Assembly: GCA_021735645.1 (NCBI GenBank)
Contig: JAIPGP010000007.1
Coordinates: 36 to 64,035, forward strand
DNA from: Candidatus Cloacimonadota bacterium
GTDB taxonomy: Bacteria > Cloacimonadota > Cloacimonadia > Cloacimonadales > TCS61
Length of the DNA stretch: 64,000 nucleotides
Direction of reading: 5' to 3'
This document shows positions 59,301 through 64,000 of the stretch, piece by piece. The notes below the pieces were generated by a model. That model saw only the letters and a program-made list of their open reading frames with translations, made no database searches and was not told the origin of the DNA. The translations under genes were made by a program, and so were the position numbers. Position 1 is the stretch's first letter; each line of letters begins with the position of its first letter.

Positions 59301-62300
59301 CATATCATAAGAACCGGAGCCATCGAGTGTAACTTCCGCATAACCATCCTGTGCCTGTTCAAAATAATCCTCACCAGCATCAGCTACCGGAGGAATGTTT
59401 TCAGATAAAATAGTAACTATTGTGACATCTGAAGCTGTATCGCCATCATTATCAGTTACTGTCAAAGTAACTTCATATTCTCCAGGCAGGAAATCATAAC
59501 TGGGGGATTCACCATAAATACAGATTTCATCTGTTGATTCAGAATAAGCAGCAATGGGCAACAAGTTGGGCGGATACCCAATATCATAGCCAGGATTTGT
59601 CATAGTAGTGTAATACACGGATACCACTTCATCCTCACTGACATCATATACGGCAAATTGCACCAGTTCTACAGATTCACCCTGAATATTTATACTTACA
59701 ATAGAGGTTCGTGCATCGTCAGTAACGTAACCTATCCCTCTACATTCATAGTTTACAAATGCTCCCACTTCGTCACCCGGTGAAGCCGGATTACCATTAA
59801 TGGTAACTTCACCATAAGCAAGTGTAGTATTTGTATAAATTACTTCATTCCATGGTCTTGGAAATTCTGTTCTCATAGCGATAGTTTTACTAGCCCTGCT
59901 GTTGGAAACAGCAGCGATTGGTAATAAATCAGGAGGATAACCAATATCATAACCAGGATTGGTCATAGTAGTGTAATATACAGATACTACTTCTGCTTCA
60001 CTGGCATCATATACAGCAAAATGCACCAGTTCTACAGATTCACCCTGAATATTTAAACTTACAATAGAGGTTCGTGCATCGTCAGTAACATAACCGATTC
60101 CTCTACATTCACCATCTACAAACGCTCCCACTTCATCACCTGGTGAAGCTGGATTACCATTAATAGTTACTTCACCATAAGCAAGTGTAGTATTTGTATA
60201 AATTACTTCATTCCATGGACGCGGGAAACTACTTCCTGTTCCAGGAGTTCCTCCCCAACACCATTCATAGTTAACAATCTCACCATCAATATCATAACTG
60301 CCGGAGCCATCAAAATTGACTGTTGCTATTCCTGTTTCGATTGAAGCAATTTCTTCATAAGGTCCTCCAGCATCTGCTACTGGCGGATAATTGTATTCGG
60401 TAACTGTCACGGTTGTCAAATCTGAATCAGTTGCACCTCTATCATCAGTTACAGTAAGAGTAACAAAATAAGTACCTACAGGATAGTAAACCAGGGGATT
60501 AACTCCGGTAACACAATTATAGTTTGTCACAGTTGAAGCTGCAATAGGTAATAAGTCTGGAGGTAAACCAATATCGCCGCCAGGATGAGTTTGAGTAGTA
60601 AATGTTACGCTTAGCACTTCATCTTCACTGGCATCATAAACTGCAAAATTGACAGTTTCTACAGATTCACCCTGAATATTCATGCTAACTATTGATAAAC
60701 CTTCATTCATGGCAACATCCCCAACACCACGGCATTGATTATTAATAAATGCACCTACCTGATCTTCTAAATCAGCATTAGCACCATCAATAGTAACTCT
60801 TCCATAAGCTACAGTGCTATTAGTATAATACACTGGTTGCCAGGGTCTTGGGAAACTTCTGCTGCGGCTTAGACCCATATCAAGCCGATTGCTTGAAAGA
60901 GCAGCCAAAGGAATCAAATCTGGCGGGAATCCAATATCGCCCCCAGGATCTGTTTGAGTATAATAATTAACTCCATATACAGCATTTGCACTTTGATCAT
61001 AGACAGCAAAATGTACTGTCTCAATGGTTTCACCCTGAATATTGAGTGTCACAATAGACTCTGTCCTATTAAGTGTAACAAACCCGACGCCGCGGCATTC
61101 ATTGTTAATAAATGCACAAACTTCGTCTTCTTCTGCAGCCATCAATCCATCAATTGTCACTCTTCCGTAAGCTACAGTGCTATTAGTGTAATTTACAACA
61201 TTCCAGGGTCTCGGGAAAGCATAAGAATAAGACCCGTTGGTAGATACGGCATTAATTGGCAGGAAATCCGGAGGATAGCCTATATCATTACCTGGATTAG
61301 TCTGAGTATAATATGAAACAGACCAAACCTGATTTTCGCTATAATCAAAGACAGCAAAGTTCACTGTTTCTTCAATTTCTCCCTGGATATTGAAAGTTGA
61401 ATATGAATGATTATTATCAATAAAAACTGATCCAATTGCCCTGCATTCACTTCCAACAAAAGCACCAACCTGATCACGAATTGTCGCGTTTTCACCATCA
61501 ATTGTTACACGGGAATAAGCTACTGTGCTGTTAGTGTAATTCACAACAGTCCATGGACGTGGGAATATTGCACTTCCACCACCCAGCCAGCACCATTCAT
61601 AATTTACAATAGAGCCATCCAGATCATAAGAACCACTGCCATCAAGTTGTACACCAGCTACACCACCAGTTTCTGCTACAGCTTCATAAGGACCATTGGC
61701 ATCTGCTACTGGAATGTAGTTATAATCATTAATAGTTACTGTTGTTTGATCAGTAGCTACTGCTCCATCATCATCTGTTACCGTCAAGGTTACTTCGTAA
61801 GTTCCGGTTGGGAAATAGACATCAACATATTCACCTTGAACACAATTTAAGATATCAGATTGTATTTCACTTGATGCGGCAATTGGTAATAGATTCGGAG
61901 GATATCCGATATCATGTCCCGGATTAGTCATCGTGGTATATACTACCTGCAATACTTCATTCTCACTTTCATCCCAGACAGCAAAATTCACTATTTCAAC
62001 GGTTTCACCCTGAATATTCAAACTCACTATAGAGGTTCGAACATCATCTGTGACAGTTCCTGTGCCACGGCATTCATCGCCTACAAAAGCTCCTACTTCA
62101 TCACCAGGAGATGCCGGGAAACCATTTATAGTTACTTCTCCATAAGCTACTGTGCTATTGGTATAATTAACAACAGCCCAGGGACGCGGGAATTCATTAC
62201 GATTTAAGGAGCCGGAAGCAGCTATAGGCAGAAGATCTGGCGGGTAACCAATGTTATATCCCGGATTAGTGAAAGTGCTGAATGAAACACCTGCAATCTC

Positions 62301-64000
62301 TCCTACGCTGGCATCCCATACTGCAAAATTTACTAATTCAACTGATTCTCCCTGAATGTTCATGGATACTATTGACTGACCATCATTATCAACCACATAA
62401 CCTACTGATCTACATTCACCATCAACGAAAGCTCCCACTTCATCTCCAGGAGATGCCGGGATTCCATCTATAGTTACTTCCCCATATGCCACAGTACTAT
62501 TTGTATAATTAACAACATTCCATGGACGTGGGAAGACCTGAACACCTTGTGAATAACCAGATGTATAAGAAGCAATTGGTAATAAATCCGGTGGATAACC
62601 AATATCATTTCCCGGGTCTGTTTGTGTATAGTATGAAACCTGACAGATTTCATCTTCACTAACATCATACACGGCAAAATGAACTATTTCTGGTTCTTCA
62701 CCCTGAATATTCATAGTTACCAATCCATCGCTATTCTGGATATTTACATATCCTATACCTCTGCATTCACCATTAATAAATGCACCTACTTCATCATATT
62801 CTGCTGCATTTTCACCATCAATAGTGACAACGCCATAAGCTATGGTACTATTGGAATATACTACCGGTAGCCAAGGTCTCGGATAAAATTCTGACCCTTG
62901 ACCATACCAGCACCATTCATAATTTACTATCTCGCCATCCAAATCATAAGACCCGCTACCATCAAGGTTAATAAGTCCCAGTCCATTGAAATCCGCATCT
63001 TCCTGATATGGGCCATCTGCATCCGCAACAGGTGCATAATTATGTTCTATTACAGTTACAACTGTAGTTTCACTATCAGTGGCTCCATCATCGTCTGTTA
63101 CGGTCAATGTCACTTCATATTCGCCTATCGGGAACAATACATCCAGAGTTTCACCTGTAAAACAATTGGCAAGTACTGGTATTATCTCCGTTGCTGCTGC
63201 AATTGGCAGTAAATTCGGAGGATAACCAAGATCATTACCAGGACTGGTCATTGTAGTATAAGAGACTCCGATCACTTCATCTACACTACTGTCATAGACG
63301 GCAAAGTGGACTGTCTCGGCTAGTTCGCCCTGGATATTCATACTGCTGATCGATTGACCTTCAATAAGCTCTATGTAACCTATTCCTCGACATTCTGTCC
63401 CGACAAAAACGCCTACCTGATCTTCCACTGCAGCTAATTCACCATCTATGGTTACATTACAATAAGCTACTGTGCTGTTGGTGTAATTTACTACACTCCA
63501 GGGACGTGGAAATTCGGTGCGTGAATGTGATAATTCTAATCCTCTGGAACTGCTGGCATGTACAGGAAGCAAATTGGGAGGATATCCAAGATTTCCACCT
63601 GGCATAGTTTGGGTTGTAAAAGCTACATTATAAACTGCATCCATACTGGCATCATAAACTGCAAAATTGACTGTCTCAATGCTTTCACCCTGAATATTCA
63701 TTGTTGTAATTGTGATTCCATCATTTAATACAATGCTTCCAGTACCTCTACATTCTGAACCTACAAAAACACCAACTTCATCATTTACTGATGCTGAAAC
63801 CCCATCTATTGTTACTTCACAATATGCTACTGTGGTATTAGTATAGGTTACTACATCCCAGGGACGCGGGAATCCACCTGGTATTGTTCCACCACTACTG
63901 ATTGCTGCTATGGGCAGCATATCAGGTGGATAGCCGATATCATTACCCGGATTGCTCATGGTGCTATAGGATACTCCATATACGGCATTAGCACTCAGAT
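53373..64000 (-). CDS. giant surface protein, 5'-truncated by the window edge: >=14 FPRPW...CRG modules interleaved with PKD-like domains, alternating PKD/cadherin-like pairs, tandem-95 repeats, duplicated NWNWI domain, C-terminal shared module, T9SS C-terminal sorting domain
   Basis: The ORF track starts at Met 63959. The frame stays open to nt 64000 and reads ...LSANAVYGVSYSTMSNPGNDIGYPP, which is the tail of a further repeat module. So the true start is outside the window and the protein exceeds 3541 aa. The C-terminus NYPNPFSLK...LSLYNIKGQKV...GLYFYHLK...KLIIIK is a CTD. Confidence 0.85.
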   Translation of the reverse strand, partial: LSANAVYGVSYSTMSNPGNDIGYPPDMLPIAAISSGGTIPGGFPRPWDVVTYTNTTVAYCEVTIDGVSASVNDEVGVFVGSECRGTGSIVLNDGITITTMNIQGESIETVNFAVYDASMDAVYNVAFTTQTMPGGNLGYPPNLLPVHASSSRGLELSHSRTEFPRPWSVVNYTNSTVAYCNVTIDGELAAVEDQVGVFVGTECRGIGYIELIEGQSISSMNIQGELAETVHFAVYDSSVDEVIGVSYTTMTSPGNDLGYPPNLLPIAAATEIIPVLANCFTGETLDVLFPIGEYEVTLTVTDDDGATDSETTVVTVIEHNYAPVADADGPYQEDADFNGLGLINLDGSGSYDLDGEIVNYEWCWYGQGSEFYPRPWLPVVYSNSTIAYGVVTIDGENAAEYDEVGAFINGECRGIGYVNIQNSDGLVTMNIQGEEPEIVHFAVYDVSEDEICQVSYYTQTDPGNDIGYPPDLLPIASYTSGYSQGVQVFPRPWNVVNYTNSTVAYGEVTIDGIPASPGDEVGAFVDGECRSVGYVVDNDGQSIVSMNIQGESVELVNFAVWDASVGEIAGVSFSTFTNPGYNIGYPPDLLPIAASGSLNRNEFPRPWAVVNYTNSTVAYGEVTINGFPASPGDEVGAFVGDECRGTGTVTDDVRTSIVSLNIQGETVEIVNFAVWDESENEVLQVVYTTMTNPGHDIGYPPNLLPIAASSEIQSDILNCVQGEYVDVYFPTGTYEVTLTVTDDDGAVATDQTTVTINDYNYIPVADANGPYEAVAETGGVAGVQLDGSGSYDLDGSIVNYEWCWLGGGSAIFPRPWTVVNYTNSTVAYSRVTIDGENATIRDQVGAFVGSECRAIGSVFIDNNHSYSTFNIQGEIEETVNFAVFDYSENQVWSVSYYTQTNPGNDIGYPPDFLPINAVSTNGSYSYAFPRPWNVVNYTNSTVAYGRVTIDGLMAAEEDEVCAFINNECRGVGFVTLNRTESIVTLNIQGETIETVHFAVYDQSANAVYGVNYYTQTDPGGDIGFPPDLIPLAALSSNRLDMGLSRSRSFPRPWQPVYYTNSTVAYGRVTIDGANADLEDQVGAFINNQCRGVGDVAMNEGLSIVSMNIQGESVETVNFAVYDASEDEVLSVTFTTQTHPGGDIGLPPDLLPIAASTVTNYNCVTGVNPLVYYPVGTYFVTLTVTDDRGATDSDLTTVTVTEYNYPPVADAGGPYEEIASIETGIATVNFDGSGSYDIDGEIVNYEWCWGGTPGTGSSFPRPWNEVIYTNTTLAYGEVTINGNPASPGDEVGAFVDGECRGIGYVTDDARTSIVSLNIQGESVELVHFAVYDASEAEVVSVYYTTMTNPGYDIGYPPDLLPIAAVSNSRASKTIAMRTEFPRPWNEVIYTNTTLAYGEVTINGNPASPGDEVGAFVNYECRGIGYVTDDARTSIVSINIQGESVELVQFAVYDVSEDEVVSVYYTTMTNPGYDIGYPPNLLPIAAYSESTDEICIYGESPSYDFLPGEYEVTLTVTDNDGDTASDVTIVTILSENIPPVADAGEDYFEQAQDGYAEVTLDGSGSYDMDGDIVSYYWNWEGGGVVIFPRPWTPVVYTNSTIAYGIVTIDGEPAGAGDQVAAFVGNECRGVANVTLDTSRRVRSKNTRDLISRVTLNIQGEAVEQVQFAVWDYSNDQVYSVGNTYMTDPGGDIGYPPNELQINASSFARSRLSAIGEMVTVVFPIGIYNVDLTVTDNAGATDSDEAIVTVGAQAQPPHIFPRPWEVVTYSNSTVAYGIVTIDEEPAAVGDEVAAFVGNQCRAVASVYHIDDGRQREISAHVTMNIQGEVVELVRFAVWDASADEVLSVAFSTYTNPGFDIGYPPDELPIAATRYPRPNLPDYPWYINPNIWDDFTTAVCTVFIDDLPAATGDMVGAFDLNGIPRGEGEVTYNGSLGLTTFNILGDYPEVIYFAVWDESADFMCYVHEYTYSAPGDTLYLTINAYTNMLPVAVPGGPYIAQADLTGLADVTLDGSGSYDFDGEIVSYQWIFNSNVISEAELFTYAFEVGLQTVTLVVTDDDGGIGSSEFTVEVISMENEPPVAIGDNYEIDEDNQLLVTTVNGVLINDIDTVPGGWPDSLSAVLTDNVIHGSLEFNADGSFIYTPVQNYSGQDRFRYMAYDGIDYSEEALVLINIIPVNDPPVADANGPYSGQIDVSGFAEITLDGSGSYDLDGEIISYLWTWNDTITASGVTATGIFPFGPTIVYLTVTDNNGATDTDSSPVGISDYINIAPIAVADSFYTMEDQSLVVSTSMGIMINDTDDGYPGRLVAVLADSTSNGTLIYDVDGWDGAFTYIPDTNFNGVDQFAYYLYDGQTFSNVVLVTINVESVNDLPVADAGGPYQTTADNNGYATVTIDASSSYDLDGSIVLYQWTWGGNNIATGMILEAVFPVGTTIVTLTVVDDSGDSDTDTALVGVAQYNNQIPVAINDAYETNEDDILNVDAEMGVLANDTDDDFPEALQAVLLDDPANGTLILNSDGSFIYTPESNFNGTDTFTYAAYDGQTLSPLTQVVITINSINDEPVADAGGPYNGQADQSDTALITLDASGSYDVENSIVSYQWSWSDGSAEGEIVTISFPVNTTIVTLTVTDSEGAIDTDTALVGVASYNNQLPVSVSDQYETDEDVILTISADLGVLANDTDDDYPETLTAVLIDGTLHGLVSLNSDGSFEYIPQLNYFGTDQFSYTAFDGETYSGITYADIIINSVNDNPVADAGGTYNGVADTTDTAIITLDGSGSYDLDGEIVSWLWSWDSGTTSRDRNRETAEGEIVAASFPAGTTPVTLTVTDNQGASNRDSTVVSVASYGNLTPVALPDAYTVLEDSILIINTDMGVLANDTDDNYPLLLTAVLAPNGDVTNGTLSLQASGAFIYAPDPGFVGFDYFEYMAYDGDVNSPAVTVTIEVINVNDPPEIVLPDFFTFNEDEQLIEDFASYISDVDSPELQLYVDGNVNINIVIDQLVVTFSAPENWYGNEVIYFTVDDMQTRLTATDSVNVIVNSVNDDPVLVQEIPDYYLIEDFDPFDVNLSDYFQDVDNELTYMVDYEPLQISALINQELLTISSVLNWYGETEVVVTAEDGIYRSAVSDTFMVYVAMGGMQVFDLIENWNWISFNVHPEDTSLNGVFDPLSDNVNVVKNQTQSSLYIPEYNDWMGDLDYVTDGEGYLVQMNQGFQEFVVNGSVIPASTPIEMLEDWNWIAYYPHSPDSLSNALASILDNVETVKDQQHSADYYPDWDLWLGDLDTMQPGVGYKVKLTQSDELIYPALVTRNAQDGSSQNSKFKIQNSSLRWEIMPGTEDNMIAMAQMTTPSGNIMPLNDVSCAVFDINGNCRSNGYWQFVPQLNYGFWYFTIVGNIENEPLHFVYYDSEGFEHISEYELIFNADTKLGNPYNLLSIEFNITEGGEDLDVPDSYILNQNYPNPFSLKTGDRDYCTSFRYGLPVTGQIVLSLYNIKGQKVCDIVNEVQDAGFHVAEWDGTDSKGNSVAAGLYFYHLKSAGTSLHRKLIIIK

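Noticed and set aside
59560-60227. Diversity-generating retroelement (template/variable repeat pair) as explanation for the near-identical 363-nt repeats
   Set aside because: The differences are not adenine-specific. No reverse transcriptase gene is in the window. Both copies are in-frame parts of the same repeat array.
63957-63959. ATG at 63959 as the true start of the giant protein
   Set aside because: The frame remains open to the window edge. The upstream codons (LSANAVYGVSYST) continue the repeat module, and there is no signal peptide after this Met. The gene is 5'-truncated by the window.
36108-64000. Dockerin modules that could pair with the cohesin-like domain
   Set aside because: I found no duplicated EF-hand-like DxNxDGxxD segments in the four operon proteins or elsewhere in the window. 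No dockerin is claimed.
1-64000. Mobile genetic element / genomic island boundaries (integrase, transposase, tRNA target, direct-repeat att sites)
   Set aside because: I recognised no integrase, transposase or phage genes and no tRNA. The accessory genes are interleaved with housekeeping genes (lepA, rel, pgi, comEC). No island call can be supported from this window alone.

Overview
This is an AT-rich bacterial chromosomal window. I recognised no rRNA, tRNA, CRISPR array, transposase or integrase. Many proteins end in a T9SS-type C-terminal sorting domain (NYPNPFNPET...VYN[IL][KR]GQKV...G[VI]YFY...[ML][IL][KR]), so the source looks like an FCB-superphylum or candidate-phylum organism; Cloacimonadota-like is only a guess.

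Housekeeping genes: lepA, a bifunctional RelA/SpoT (rel), pgi, comEC, an M42 peptidase, and a 55-aa 2x[4Fe-4S] ferredoxin that is too short for the ORF track.

Accessory content, from left to right:
(1) An LruC-domain lipoprotein.
(2) A tightly packed six-gene poly-gamma-glutamate operon. It has pgsB, pgsC and a non-PgsA bitopic protein, followed by a signal-anchored protein, a beta-barrel-like protein and an FGase/PghP-like hydrolase.
(3) A co-oriented run of secreted T9SS cargo: two tandemly duplicated 1153-aa C25 (gingipain-family) paralogs, an M14 carboxypeptidase, a 16-repeat propeller-like protein and an LVIVD-repeat lipoprotein. Both C25 paralogs carry Trp where the catalytic His is expected.
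(4) A 32-bp x ~8.5 tandem array of a conserved hairpin (CCAGACC-N6-GGTCTGG), with an orphan copy 3.7 kb away.
(5) A roughly 28-kb minus-strand operon running into the right window edge. It encodes three giant tandem-95/cadherin-like repeat T9SS proteins (>3541, 2351 and 2565 aa) and then a FadL/PorV-like barrel fused to three OmpA peptidoglycan-binding domains, and ends at a clean intrinsic terminator.

The giant proteins share an unassigned ~105-120 aa module (FPRPW...TIDG...GD.VGAF...ECRG.G...NIQGE...FAV[YW]D...PG.DIGYPP). It is repeated at least 14 times in one protein and caps the termini of the other two. One giant protein also carries a cohesin-like domain.

The best candidates for undescribed biology are the giant-protein plus barrel-OmpA operon with its new module, and the diderm-style PGA operon. 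All functional calls rest on motif recognition by eye and memory of the families; no searches were run.
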